DNA of 64,000 nt from Chloroflexota bacterium. GTDB taxonomy: Bacteria; Chloroflexota; Dehalococcoidia; DSTF01; JACRBR01. The position numbers were made by a program, and so were the translations under genes. Shown in pieces: positions 1 to 11,489 of the stretch. How positions within the stretch are numbered: position 1 is the stretch's first letter; every line of letters begins with the position of its first letter. The stretch is taken from NCBI GenBank assembly GCA_031400455.1, contig JANNPX010000025.1, positions 64,345-128,344 on the forward strand, given 5' to 3'. The notes beneath the pieces are model-generated. The model did no database searches. It was not told the DNA's origin and worked only from the letters and a program-made list of their open reading frames with translations.

Positions 1-49
1 CGAGGCGGAACAGTCGATTCACCCCTCGTCCAGATTCGAATCTGACGGC

Positions 50-78
50 TTGACAAACATCTGTGCTGATCGTATCCT
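50..78 (+). promoter_or_regulatory. sigma-70-like promoter, TTGACA-17-TATCCT
   Basis: TTGACA at 50-55, 17-nt spacer, TATCCT at 73-78; about 45 nt upstream of the radical-SAM ATG. Confidence 0.45.
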
Positions 79-121
79 CTGGTTCCCCGCAGATAGAACG
101 GGTGTTCTAGGAGCAGCAGTC

Positions 122-1021
122 ATGCCAGATGTCGTGTTTGAAGAGATCGAATGTAAGAGCGCCGTACATAAGGTGTCGCCGGGCGCGGCGCGGATGATGC
201 CGTTCCGCTGGACCCTGAACCCCTATCGAGGATGCCAGCACGCCTGTACCTACTGTTTCGCGCGCGGCACGCACGAACACCTGGGTTTCGATGCCGGGCG
301 CGACTTCGAGAGCCGCATCGTCGTGAAGGTGAACGCCCCGGAGATGCTGCGGCAGGATCTGGGGCGGCCGGGCTGGCAGCGCGAACTGGTGGCGATCGGC
401 ACGGCGTGCGATCCGTACCAGGCGGCTGAGCTGAAGTACTCGCTGACACACCGCATCCTCAAGGTGATGCGCGACTTCGCGAATCCGGTGAGCATCGTCA
501 CGAAGTCGCCGCACGTCGTTCGCGACCTCGACGTGCTCGAGCAGCTGAGTGCCGTCGCGGATGTGACGGTGAGCTTCAGCGTTTCGACACTGGACGAAGA
601 AGTGTGGCGGCGGATCGAGCCGGCGACGGCGAAGCCGCGCAAGCGGCTGGAGGCGATGCGCCTGCTGGCCGAACGCGGCATCCGATGCGGCGTGATGCTG
701 GCGCCGGTGCTGCCAGGAGTCACCGACGAACCTGCTGCGCTCGAAGAAGTCGTCGAAGCGGCGCGCGAGCACGGTGCGTCGTTCATCCACGACAACGTGC
801 TATACTTGAAGTCAGGCACGAAGGAATGGTTCATGCCGTTCCTGCGAGAAGCCTACCCGCACCTCTCCGAACGCTACGCCAAGTACTACCGCGGACCGTA
901 CGCGCCGAAGTCGTACACGCAGGACGTCCATCGCGTTGTGGATCGCTTACGCCTCAAATACGGGCTGATCGCCCCGAGGCGCGTGCAGCCCTCGGCCGGG
1001 CAGCTCGAACTGGCGATGTAG
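122..1021 (+). CDS. radical SAM protein (SplB / DNA-repair-photolyase-like family)
   Basis: CQHACTYC (Cx3Cx2C) radical-SAM motif. ATG at 122 preceded by AGGAG 8 nt upstream, preferred over the TTG at 50 in the ORF track. Confidence 0.8.
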   Translation: MPDVVFEEIECKSAVHKVSPGAARMMPFRWTLNPYRGCQHACTYCFARGTHEHLGFDAGRDFESRIVVKVNAPEMLRQDLGRPGWQRELVAIGTACDPYQAAELKYSLTHRILKVMRDFANPVSIVTKSPHVVRDLDVLEQLSAVADVTVSFSVSTLDEEVWRRIEPATAKPRKRLEAMRLLAERGIRCGVMLAPVLPGVTDEPAALEEVVEAAREHGASFIHDNVLYLKSGTKEWFMPFLREAYPHLSERYAKYYRGPYAPKSYTQDVHRVVDRLRLKYGLIAPRRVQPSAGQLELAM

Positions 1022-1198
1022 ATGTAGCCGAAGCGCGCTGTGGCTTCGCCCGAAGCTGCCGGATCGGCAAGGTTCATCACGGTTTAACGAGCGGTTAATA
1101 GGAACCCAGGTCTGTTGGCCGATACTTAGGTGGAACCCCGTAGTGGTTCTGCCCAGTACTGACCACCCGAGATAAGAACGAGGAACAGAATCGAAATC

Positions 1199-1537
1199 AT
1201 GCCCGCACCAAAGGCCCAGAACGCCATCGACATTGCGCTGCCACCCGCGGCGGCGCCACGGCTCGCCCGGTTGGGCGCTGCTGTCGAGGCGATAGACGGG
1301 CGCGTCCTCACCCGCGGCATTGCGGAGATCACGGCGACAGGCGGTCGCTGGACCGCGCGTCTGACCCAGCTCGATCGGCCGGGCGTCATCGCGTCGATGT
1401 TCTTTGCCGAGAAGGCGCGCGACATCGTCCTGCGTCTAGACGACGGACGGCACGCGCGTGCGCGGCTCGCCAGTACGAGCTTTCTCGCTGCGAGCGAGCG
1501 CGTGTGCGATCTGACGGGTCTCGAGCCGCTCACCTAG
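1199..1537 (+). CDS. hypothetical protein
   Basis: GC3-rich ORF with GAGGAA RBS-like sequence upstream. The overlapping antisense ORF is Arg/Ser-rich junk. No recognisable motif. Confidence 0.35.
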   Translation: MPAPKAQNAIDIALPPAAAPRLARLGAAVEAIDGRVLTRGIAEITATGGRWTARLTQLDRPGVIASMFFAEKARDIVLRLDDGRHARARLASTSFLAASERVCDLTGLEPLT

Positions 1538-1585
1538 CGCGTTCGATGCCGTCCATCAACGCCGCTCCTGTCCTACAATAGTCCC

Positions 1586-2632
1586 GTGATCCATCTCCTT
1601 CATGGCAAAGACGATTACCAGGTGCGCGCGGCTGCGCGCGCTATCCGCGACGGCCTCAAGCAGTCGGACGACATGCTCGACAGCAACACGACCGTGCTGG
1701 ACGGGCGAACGATCACGCCGCTCGAGTTGCTCGAACACGCGACGGCGATGCCGTTCATGGCCGACGGCCGACTGGTGATTGTCGAAGGACTCCTCGGCAG
1801 CGTCGGCACGCTGAAGGGTGGTGGCCGTCGCAAGAAGAAGAGCGACGGCGACGATCCGCTCGATCCGTGGCGTAGCGCGGCGAAGCAACTCGGCGACAAG
1901 GCCACGATGCCCGACACCACGACGCTGATCTTCATCGAGGGCGACATCGCGAAGAACAACGCCGCCTTCACGATCTTTGCGCCGATCTCGCACACGCGTG
2001 AGTTCTCGGCGCTTGATGCCGGTGAGCTGAAGAAGTGGCTGCATGAGGCCGAGAAGACCGAAAAGGTGACGTTCACCGACCGTGGCGAGCAGGCCTTACT
2101 GGCAGCGCTCGGCCCCGACCTGTGGGCGATGAAGAACGCCGTTGCGATGCTGGCGACGTATACGGCGGGTGAGCCTGTGGATGAGAAGCTCGTCGGTGAT
2201 CTGATCACGGCGACTGACGACCCCAAGTTCTGGACGATGACGGACGCCGTCGTCGCGGGCAGCGAACGCAAGGCGCTGGCCGCGCTGCAGCGGCTACTCG
2301 TTGATGGCTCCCCGCCCGTGATGCTGTCGGCGATGCTTGTCCGCCAGTACCGGCAGCTCGCGATCGTGAAGGACATGCGCGAACGGCGCGCGGGGCAGGA
2401 CGAGATCTCGCGCGCAGCAGGCGTGCCGGCCTTCAAGGTCGCGGAGGTCAGCGCGCTGGCGTCGCGCTACTCGTGGCCGCAGATCCGTGCGGCCTACGAG
2501 CGCTTGCTCGAAGCGGACCTGAGCGTGAAGCGCGGCTTGCAGGACGACGAGTCGGCACTGCAGCTTCTGGTGCACGAGTTGTGCGCGATGGCGCCGAAGG
2601 GCGCCGCGCCGCGCGCGTCGTACGCGCGGTAG
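1586..2632 (+). CDS. holA: DNA polymerase III subunit delta
   Basis: GTG start. Size (348 aa) and overall similarity to HolA family proteins (N-terminal MIHLLHGKDDY, delta clamp-loader-like). Confidence 0.65.
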   Translation: MIHLLHGKDDYQVRAAARAIRDGLKQSDDMLDSNTTVLDGRTITPLELLEHATAMPFMADGRLVIVEGLLGSVGTLKGGGRRKKKSDGDDPLDPWRSAAKQLGDKATMPDTTTLIFIEGDIAKNNAAFTIFAPISHTREFSALDAGELKKWLHEAEKTEKVTFTDRGEQALLAALGPDLWAMKNAVAMLATYTAGEPVDEKLVGDLITATDDPKFWTMTDAVVAGSERKALAALQRLLVDGSPPVMLSAMLVRQYRQLAIVKDMRERRAGQDEISRAAGVPAFKVAEVSALASRYSWPQIRAAYERLLEADLSVKRGLQDDESALQLLVHELCAMAPKGAAPRASYAR

Positions 2633-2660
2633 CGGCGTCACACGCCCGCCGGAGGCAAGG

Positions 2661-3764
2661 ATGGGAACACGCCGCTCGCCAACTGTCCGGGACGTGAGCG
2701 CCGTGGGACCGGCGCACGGCTGGCTGCAGGCATTGAGGGCCGATCCCTTGCCGTGGCTGCTCGAAAACGACGACCCGGCCGTGAAGCACTTGACCCTCCG
2801 CTTGTTGCTGGGCCGGAGTGCCGGCGACCGCGACGTTCGGCGCGCACAGGCAGTGGCGATGCGCGCGGATCCGATCGCGAGCATTCTCGCTGCGCAGCAG
2901 CCGCACGGACACTGGTTGAACCCGGGGCCCGGGTACTCGCCGAAATACCGCAGCACGGTGTGGCAACTAACCTTTCTGGATCAGCTAGGCGCCGACGGCA
3001 ATGACCGGCGCGTGCATGCCGCTTGCGAGTACGTGCTGTCTTACGCGCAGGCAGAGTCCGGCGGTTTCGGAGCAAAAGGTGGAACGGACCAGAGACCGCC
3101 AGAACCGTCGCGCGCCATCCATTGCCTGAACGGCAATCTCCTGCGAGCGTTGATCGGATTCGGCTGGATGGACGACGCTCGCGTGCAACGGGCGATCGAC
3201 TGGCAGGCGCGGTCGATCACGGGTGAGCGGTTCGACCAGTACTACCGGTCTGGGACGAGCGGTCCAGGTTTCTGCTGCGGTGCCAACCAGCAATTACCGT
3301 GTGCCTGGGGCGCGATCAAAGCGCTGCTCGCGCTGGTACGCGTTCCGGCGGAGCGCCGCGCCCCGCACGTGCGACGGGCGATGCGGGCAGGCGGAGACTT
3401 CCTGCTGAGCCGCGACCCGGCCATTGCCGATTACCCGATGATCCCCGGCAACCAGACGCCGAACCGGTCATGGTTCAAACTCGGCTTTCCCTCGGCATAC
3501 GTTGCTGACGTGTTGCAGAATCTCGATGTGCTGTGCGAACTAGGGTTTGGCGGCGACGGGCGATTGCGGCCCGCGGTCGAATGGCTGCTGTCGAAGCAGG
3601 ACCGCCAGGGCCGGTGGAAGAACGAGTACGCGTACAACGGCAGGACGTGGGTGGACTTCGAGAAGCAGGGCCAGCCGAGCAAGTGGGTGACGCTTCGAGC
3701 GTGTCGCGTCATCAAGCTGGTGCACGAGGCGAGACGCCCCGTGAGCAGGCGGCCGAGTGATTAG
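2661..3764 (+). CDS. prenyltransferase/squalene-cyclase-repeat (alpha/alpha toroid) protein
   Basis: Repeated QW-type motifs (QQPHGHW, AESGGFGA, KQDRQGRWKNEY). GGAGG RBS 6 nt before the ATG. Confidence 0.55.
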   Translation: MGTRRSPTVRDVSAVGPAHGWLQALRADPLPWLLENDDPAVKHLTLRLLLGRSAGDRDVRRAQAVAMRADPIASILAAQQPHGHWLNPGPGYSPKYRSTVWQLTFLDQLGADGNDRRVHAACEYVLSYAQAESGGFGAKGGTDQRPPEPSRAIHCLNGNLLRALIGFGWMDDARVQRAIDWQARSITGERFDQYYRSGTSGPGFCCGANQQLPCAWGAIKALLALVRVPAERRAPHVRRAMRAGGDFLLSRDPAIADYPMIPGNQTPNRSWFKLGFPSAYVADVLQNLDVLCELGFGGDGRLRPAVEWLLSKQDRQGRWKNEYAYNGRTWVDFEKQGQPSKWVTLRACRVIKLVHEARRPVSRRPSD

Positions 3765-4747
3765 CCTTCGTTTGCTGCGTAGAACATCGGATTGAAGCAG
3801 GCTGCTGCGTGGGCGGGCGCGGTCTCGCGCAGCGGTGGCCAGGCGTCGTTGCGGCAGACGTTCACGATCTTCGTGCAGCGCGGCAGGAATGCGCACTCGG
3901 CGGTGAGGCGCGAGAGATCGGGCGGGGCGCCGCGGATCGGCTGGATGCGGCGGCCAGGATCGTCGATGCGCGGACGGGCTGCGAGCAGTGCTGCGGTGTA
4001 CGGGTGCTGCGGCCGCGCGTACACGTCCACGGTGGCGCCCTGTTCGACGATGCGGCCGGCGTACATGACGGCAACCTCATCGGCCACCTGCGCGACGACG
4101 CCGAGATCGTGCGTGATCAGGATGATGCCAGCGCCGAGGCTGTCGCGCAGTTCCTGCAGTTCGTAGAGGATGGCTGCCTGTACCGTGACATCGAGCGCGG
4201 ATGTGGGCTCGTCGGCGATGATCACGGACGGGCGCATCACGGTCGCGATCGCGATCATCACGCGCTGGCACATACCGCCGGTGAGCTGGAACGGGAACGA
4301 GCCGGCGACGCGCTTCGGCTCGGACAGGCCCTGCGCGCGCAGCGCGTCGAGCATGATGCGGCGCGATTCGGCCTTCGAGACGTCCAGGTGTGTGCGGACG
4401 ATCTCCTCGACCTGTGACCCGATCTCCATGACGGGATTGAGTCCGCTCGTCGGGTCCTGGAAGATCATCGAGATCGCGCGGCCCCGGACGCGGCGCAGCT
4501 CCTCGCCCTTAAGTGACAGCAGGTCGCGGCCCTCGTAGATGACGCGCCCGCTCTCGATGCGGCCCGGGTGCGGCACGAGGTTCAGGATCGAGAGCGCGGC
4601 GGTGGTCTTGCCGCAGCCGCTCTCGCCGACGATCGCCAGCGTCGTGCCGCGCCGCAGCGCCAGGTCGATGCCGTCGACGGCGCGGACGGTGCGGTCGCGC
4701 TCGTGATACGAGACGCGGAGGTCTTCGATGCGGAGGATCTCGTCCAT
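3761..4747 (-). CDS. ABC transporter ATP-binding protein, oligopeptide/dipeptide type (OppD/DppD-like)
   Basis: Walker A GESGCGKT, signature LTGGMCQR, Walker B IIADEPTSALD, and an OppD-type C-terminal extension. No permease or SBP partner adjacent. Confidence 0.85.
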   Translation of the reverse strand: MDEILRIEDLRVSYHERDRTVRAVDGIDLALRRGTTLAIVGESGCGKTTAALSILNLVPHPGRIESGRVIYEGRDLLSLKGEELRRVRGRAISMIFQDPTSGLNPVMEIGSQVEEIVRTHLDVSKAESRRIMLDALRAQGLSEPKRVAGSFPFQLTGGMCQRVMIAIATVMRPSVIIADEPTSALDVTVQAAILYELQELRDSLGAGIILITHDLGVVAQVADEVAVMYAGRIVEQGATVDVYARPQHPYTAALLAARPRIDDPGRRIQPIRGAPPDLSRLTAECAFLPRCTKIVNVCRNDAWPPLRETAPAHAAACFNPMFYAANEG

Positions 4748-4967
4748 GGAGCTCTCCGTGCGGCTGGCGGGGTTGGAGTATAGCTCCGGGGGTTACGGGA
4801 ACCACGAAGGACACGAAGGATCACGAAGCAGTTAGTGCGGGTGCAGTCATTCGAATCCACACTCGTTAAGGCGCCGCGAAGCGTGGAGCATAGCCGCCCC
4901 GGCTGTGTGTCCGGCGGAGCCGGACCGCGGCGGCACGGGTCGTCGTCCAACCGACGCAATCCGCGCG

Positions 4968-4997
4968 CGAAGAGAAGGGCGGCCACTGGGGCCGCCC
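4968..4997 (-). terminator. rho-independent terminator candidate downstream of lexA
   Basis: Hairpin GGGCGGCC-actgg-GGCCGCCC at 4977-4997 followed, on the minus strand, by UUCUCUU. Confidence 0.4.
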
Positions 4998-5023
4998 CTA
5001 CGAATTCCGTGATGGAATGGTGG

Positions 5024-5659
5024 TTAGTCGCGGCGGCCGACGGTGGCCAGCACTTTGCCCTGGATCTCGACGTTGTTGGCTTCGGTGAAGATGGGTTTCA
5101 TCGTGCTGTTCGCGGGCTGGAGGCGGACGCGGTCGCCTTCGCGGTAGAACTTCTTGAGCGTGGCCTCGTTTTCTTTCTTCAGCCACGCCGCGACCATGTC
5201 GCCATCATCGCACGAGCTTGCCTGCTCGAGAATGACGATGTCGCCGTCGTTCACGAGGGCATCGATCATCGATGTGCCCCGTACCTTCAGCGCGAAGACG
5301 TTCTCGCGGCCGCGCGTCATTTCTTCCGTGGCCTCGAAGACGTTGTCGAAGTCGATGTTATCGGGCGACGGCACCGGGATCGGCTGGCCGGCGGCGATCG
5401 TGCCGATCAGCGGCACCGAGACCGTGCGCGAGCGGCGGCCGCCGGAGCGGTCGAGCAACTCGATGGCGCGGGAGACCTCGCGGTCGCGGCGGATGAAGCC
5501 GAGGCGCTCGAGCGCCTTGAGGTTGTAGTCGACGACGGAGGTGGAGCTGACATCGCACCCGACCTGGATGTCGCGGATGCTCGGCGGGTAGTCATGCTCA
5601 TCGATGAACTCGCGCATGAACTTGAGGATGCCCTGCTGCTTGGGGGACAGTCCCTTCAT
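5024..5659 (-). CDS. lexA: LexA repressor
   Basis: N-terminal winged HTH, AGQP autocleavage site, Ser (GTSM) and Lys catalytic dyad. GAGGAG RBS 7 nt upstream. Confidence 0.9.
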   Translation of the reverse strand: MKGLSPKQQGILKFMREFIDEHDYPPSIRDIQVGCDVSSTSVVDYNLKALERLGFIRRDREVSRAIELLDRSGGRRSRTVSVPLIGTIAAGQPIPVPSPDNIDFDNVFEATEEMTRGRENVFALKVRGTSMIDALVNDGDIVILEQASSCDDGDMVAAWLKKENEATLKKFYREGDRVRLQPANSTMKPIFTEANNVEIQGKVLATVGRRD

Positions 5660-5726
5660 GTGGATGCTCCTCTCGTCGCGCTGCTACCGGCGCGGTTACC
5701 GATCATAATCCGGCAATCGTATGTTT

Positions 5727-5778
5727 CAAACGCCTGTTCTGTTGCCGCAATCGTACGGGGGTAGAACATGCTTGTCAA
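5727..5778 (-). promoter_or_regulatory. lexA promoter with candidate Cheo-type LexA box
   Basis: On the minus strand: TTGACA-17-TACGAT. Immediately downstream is AGAACaggcGTTTG (GAAC-N4-GTTT, one mismatch to the Gram-positive-type LexA box) at plus 5727-5741. Confidence 0.45.
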
Positions 5779-5813
5779 GAGGCCGTGGGTTCTTGGAGAT
5801 GGGGGCGGTGCTA

Positions 5814-6287
5814 CTAGTTGGGGTCGCCGGTCTCCAGGACGCGCTTAAAGCGCGCCTGCTGCTTTCGGGCGTTGCGGCGCATGGCAATGGTCATCACCCG
5901 CCCGAAAAAGCGACCGCCGAAGCCCGTCGGCGTTATCTCCATCGACCACGTGTAGCGCGTGCCCTCGGGAACCTCTTCAAAGAGGTGGGTGGCCGTGCCG
6001 CGGATCGGACGGGCCGGCTGAACGGACTCGATCACCATGCGGCGCCCCTCCTCCCACTCGATCGTGCGGCTCACCATCGTCACCGGGATGCCATACATCC
6101 GAACCCGGATCGTGTTTCGGGTTCCGCTCCGCATCGGGAGCGAATCAGGCTCGTACGAAATGACTGCCGGATCGATGATCGACGCAGTGGACGGATCGGC
6201 CAGATACGCGAATGCGGCGTGCGGCGAGGACTTGATGATGATCGATTCACTGAAGTGCATCGACCCGAGTATCAGCCCGGCGTGCAT
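5814..6287 (-). CDS. SRPBCC (START/polyketide-cyclase-like) family protein
   Basis: 157-aa protein with the typical SRPBCC length and pattern (ligand-binding cavity fold). Upstream of lexA on the same strand. Confidence 0.6.
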   Translation of the reverse strand: MHAGLILGSMHFSESIIIKSSPHAAFAYLADPSTASIIDPAVISYEPDSLPMRSGTRNTIRVRMYGIPVTMVSRTIEWEEGRRMVIESVQPARPIRGTATHLFEEVPEGTRYTWSMEITPTGFGGRFFGRVMTIAMRRNARKQQARFKRVLETGDPN

Positions 6288-6337
6288 ACGCTGTCAACGG
6301 CAGCATTGAATCAGCTTTGCGCTGAATCACGGATTCC

Positions 6338-6366
6338 TTGACGTATTCGGGGGGCGCGGTTAGTAT
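6338..6366 (+). promoter_or_regulatory. candidate promoter of the str/ribosomal superoperon
   Basis: TTGACG-17-TAGTAT. It is followed by a ~230-nt GC-rich structured leader before the rpsL GTG. Confidence 0.45.
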
Positions 6367-6595
6367 TCGGTGTTGTCTCTCGCCCCGGCGGGAGGCATCA
6401 TGACGCCAGACTCACCTACAGGTCGGAAGACCCCAAAGTGACAACGGCCGGCACATAGTGGTCACAGGCCCGCGGGCGTGGTGGCTACGCCGGACTGGCT
6501 CAGTAATAAGGCTGCCGGCCTTTCGTGCGCCCTATCCACGGGCGTGCCTGACGCCAATGGCCACTTGGTTACGTAGCAGAAACGCAGGGTGAATC

Positions 6596-7006
6596 GTGCC
6601 CACGATTAGTCAGCTTGTGCGCAAGGGCCGGAAGAAGGCCATCAAGAAGACGAAGGCGCCCGCATTGCGGTTCACCTTCAACTCGTTGAAGAACCGCACC
6701 GTTCGCGGCAAGGGTTCGCCGCAGAAGCGCGGCGTGTGCACGCAGGTGCGCACGATGACGCCGAAGAAGCCGAACTCGGCGCTGCGCAAGATCGCGCGTG
6801 TGCGTCTGACGAATGGCATCGAAGTGACCGCGTACATTCCGGGCGAGGGTCACTCGCTGCAGGAGCACTCGGTAGTGCTGATCCGAGGCGGCCGCGTGAA
6901 GGACCTGCCGGGCGTGCGCTATCACATCATCCGCGGCGCGCTGGACGCGCAGGGCGTTGCGAACCGCAAGCGCGGCCGCAGCAAGTACGGCACGCGCAAG
7001 ACGTAA
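6596..7006 (+). CDS. rpsL: 30S ribosomal protein S12
   Basis: [13 protein letters not shown]..., universally conserved S12. GTG start. Confidence 0.97.
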   Translation: MPTISQLVRKGRKKAIKKTKAPALRFTFNSLKNRTVRGKGSPQKRGVCTQVRTMTPKKPNSALRKIARVRLTNGIEVTAYIPGEGHSLQEHSVVLIRGGRVKDLPGVRYHIIRGALDAQGVANRKRGRSKYGTRKT

Positions 7007-7034
7007 CGGCCGAGGGAGCAAGAGAGAAAAGAAG

Positions 7035-7505
7035 ATGCCACGACGCGCAAGAATCGTGAAGCGGGAGATCCTGCCGGACGGCAAGTACGGCAATCGCACG
7101 ATCACGATGTTCGTGAACAAGATCATGGAACGCGGCAAGAAGAGCACCGCCGAGCGCATCGTGTACGCCGCGCTGGAGCGCGTCGAAGCTCAGACGCACA
7201 AGAACCCGATCGACACGTTCGAGATGGCGCTGCGCAACTCGACGCCGACTATCGAAGTGAAGCCGCGGCGCGTCGGTGGCGCGACGTACCAGGTGCCGGT
7301 CGATATCCGTGCAGAGCGCCGCATGGCGCTGGCGATCCGCTGGTTGCTGAAGTCGGCTCGTTCGCGCGGCGGCCGCTCGATGGCGGAGCGTCTTGCGGCG
7401 GAGCTGATCGATGCGGCCGGCGGACAGGGCGCGACGATCAAGAAGAAGGACGATACCCACCGCATGGCCGAGGCCAACCGGGCCTTCGTGCATTATCGGT
7501 GGTAG
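7035..7505 (+). CDS. rpsG: 30S ribosomal protein S7
   Basis: [15 protein letters not shown]... Start trimmed to the conserved ATG; the track ORF is extended upstream. Confidence 0.95.
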   Translation: MPRRARIVKREILPDGKYGNRTITMFVNKIMERGKKSTAERIVYAALERVEAQTHKNPIDTFEMALRNSTPTIEVKPRRVGGATYQVPVDIRAERRMALAIRWLLKSARSRGGRSMAERLAAELIDAAGGQGATIKKKDDTHRMAEANRAFVHYRW

Positions 7506-7600
7506 TGGGATAAGCATCCGCTTTCGGGCGGACGAATAACCGCCGGAGACTCAGCGTCGCCGGCGGTGAACTTTGCCAGCGGGGCTGGCACATTGGAGCC

Positions 7601-9715
<2,115 letters not shown>

Positions 9716-9780
9716 CGCCGGAATAGATGTAGGGGCGCTGTTGCGTCCGCGGTCGCCGAAGGCGACCGAAGAAGGAAGTT

Positions 9781-10089
9781 ATGGCCAGGCAGAAGATTCG
9801 GATCAGGCTCAAGGCGTACGACCACCGCATCCTCGACCAATCGGCCGAGCAGATCGTGGAGGCCGCCGAACGCACGGGCGCCGCTGTCGCCGGTCCGATC
9901 CCTCTGCCGACCGAGATCAAGAAGTTCTGCGTGATCCGCTCGCCGTTCATCGATAAGGACTCGCAGGAGCAGTTCGAAATCAGGACGCACAAGCGGCTCA
10001 TCGATATTTTGGAGCCGACGTCGAAGACGGTGGACACGCTGATGCGGCTGCAGCTGGCATCCGGCGTGGACATCGAGATCAAGCTGTAG
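9781..10089 (+). CDS. rpsJ: 30S ribosomal protein S10
   Basis: [19 protein letters not shown]... Confidence 0.97.
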   Translation: MARQKIRIRLKAYDHRILDQSAEQIVEAAERTGAAVAGPIPLPTEIKKFCVIRSPFIDKDSQEQFEIRTHKRLIDILEPTSKTVDTLMRLQLASGVDIEIKL

Positions 10090-10132
10090 GGGCACGCGGT
10101 GGCGTGCGTGAACGAGTAATAGAGGGCTGACG

Positions 10133-10768
10133 ATGCCAATCGAAGGACTGCTCGGGCGCAAGCTGGGCATGACCCAGGTGTTCGACTCCACCGGCAAGAT
10201 CCACGCCGTCACCGTCGTTGAGGCGGGGCCGATGGTGGTGACGCAGGTGAAGACGTCGTCGAAGGACGGCTACGACGCCGTGCAGGTCGGCTACGGTGAG
10301 AAGAAGAAGATCAACAAGCCGATGCGCGGCCACCTGAAGGGCTCAGGGTCGAACGCGCGGCTCGTGAAAGAGTTCCGATCGCCGGCCGCCAGCGAGTACA
10401 GCGTCGGCGACAAGATCGGCATCGAACTATTCACGGAAGGCGACCTCGTGCACGTCACCGGGACGTCGCGCGGACGTGGGTTCTCCGGAGGCGTGCGCAG
10501 GCATAACTTCCACGGCGGACCGAAGACACACGGTCAGTCGGACCGTCACCGCGCTCCTGGCTCGATCGGGTCGGGCACCACGCCGGGGCGCGTGCTCAAG
10601 GGCCAGAAGATGGCGGGCCACATGGGTGCCGTGCAGGTGACAGCGAAGAACCTGCGTGTGATTGCGAAGGATGAGGGCAAGGGACTGCTGCTAATTGAAG
10701 GCGCGGTTCCGGGCGCAACGAACGGGACGGTGCGGGTTCGCCGTGCCATCAAGCAAGACAAGAAGTAG
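10133..10768 (+). CDS. rplC: 50S ribosomal protein L3
   Basis: conserved L3 N-terminus GRKLGMTQVF. Confidence 0.96.
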   Translation: MPIEGLLGRKLGMTQVFDSTGKIHAVTVVEAGPMVVTQVKTSSKDGYDAVQVGYGEKKKINKPMRGHLKGSGSNARLVKEFRSPAASEYSVGDKIGIELFTEGDLVHVTGTSRGRGFSGGVRRHNFHGGPKTHGQSDRHRAPGSIGSGTTPGRVLKGQKMAGHMGAVQVTAKNLRVIAKDEGKGLLLIEGAVPGATNGTVRVRRAIKQDKK

Positions 10769-10808
10769 GGGCGCACGGCTGTGCGCCCGGTTTGAGCAAG
10801 AGAAGAAG

Positions 10809-11486
10809 ATGAAACTCTCCGTCCACAACGCGGCAGGAAAAGAAGTCGAAACGATCGACGTCGACGACGCGGTCTTCGGCATCGAGCCGAACTCGCCCGT
10901 CGTCCACCAGGCGCTCGTTGCCACGCTGGCGAACAAGCGCGTCGGGACGGCGACGACGAAGACGCGCGGCGAAGTGCACGGCTCCACGCGAAAGATCCGG
11001 CGCCAGAAGGGCAACGGTACATCGCGCCAGGGCTCCATCGGCGCGCCGCAGCACCGCCACGGCGGTATCGTCTTCGGCCCGCACACTCGCAGCTACGCGA
11101 AGGATCTGCCGAAGAAGATGCGCCGCCTAGCGATTCGCTCGCTGCTCTCCGCCAAGGCGGCCGATGGCTCGCTGCGCGTCGTCAACGACCTCGGCGTCAG
11201 CACGCCGAGCACGAAGGCGATGAGCAGCGTGTTGAAGGCGATGGGGTTCGAGCGCTCGGTGCTGGTCGTGACGGGTGTGGCCGACGACGCCGTGAAGGCG
11301 AGCGTAAGCAACCTCGAGAAGGTGAACCAGATTCCGGCGGCGTACCTGAACGTCGGCGACATGCTGGCGGCGCAGGGACTGCTGATGACGGTTGACGCCG
11401 TGCGCGGCGCCGAGGCGCTCTGGGGCGGCGAGCGCGCTGGGACGAAGCGTGCGCGCACCGAGGGTGCGGCGAAGGTGGAGGCCTAA
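10809..11486 (+). CDS. rplD: 50S ribosomal protein L4
   Basis: Start set at ATG 10809 (MKLSVHNAAGKE...). The track ORF starts inside rplC. Confidence 0.93.
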   Translation: MKLSVHNAAGKEVETIDVDDAVFGIEPNSPVVHQALVATLANKRVGTATTKTRGEVHGSTRKIRRQKGNGTSRQGSIGAPQHRHGGIVFGPHTRSYAKDLPKKMRRLAIRSLLSAKAADGSLRVVNDLGVSTPSTKAMSSVLKAMGFERSVLVVTGVADDAVKASVSNLEKVNQIPAAYLNVGDMLAAQGLLMTVDAVRGAEALWGGERAGTKRARTEGAAKVEA

Positions 11487-11489
11487 GCG

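Noticed and set aside
1-48. GATTCGAATC segment resembling a tRNA T-loop at the window start
   Set aside because: No complementary T-stem, no acceptor stem and no CCA could be built on either strand. It more likely belongs to the upstream region of the TTGACA-17-TATCCT promoter.
5721-6341. 206-aa + strand ORF overlapping the SRPBCC gene and the lexA promoter
   Set aside because: Arg/Gly-rich nonsense composition. The minus-strand ORF has a recognisable fold pattern and a sensible operon context.
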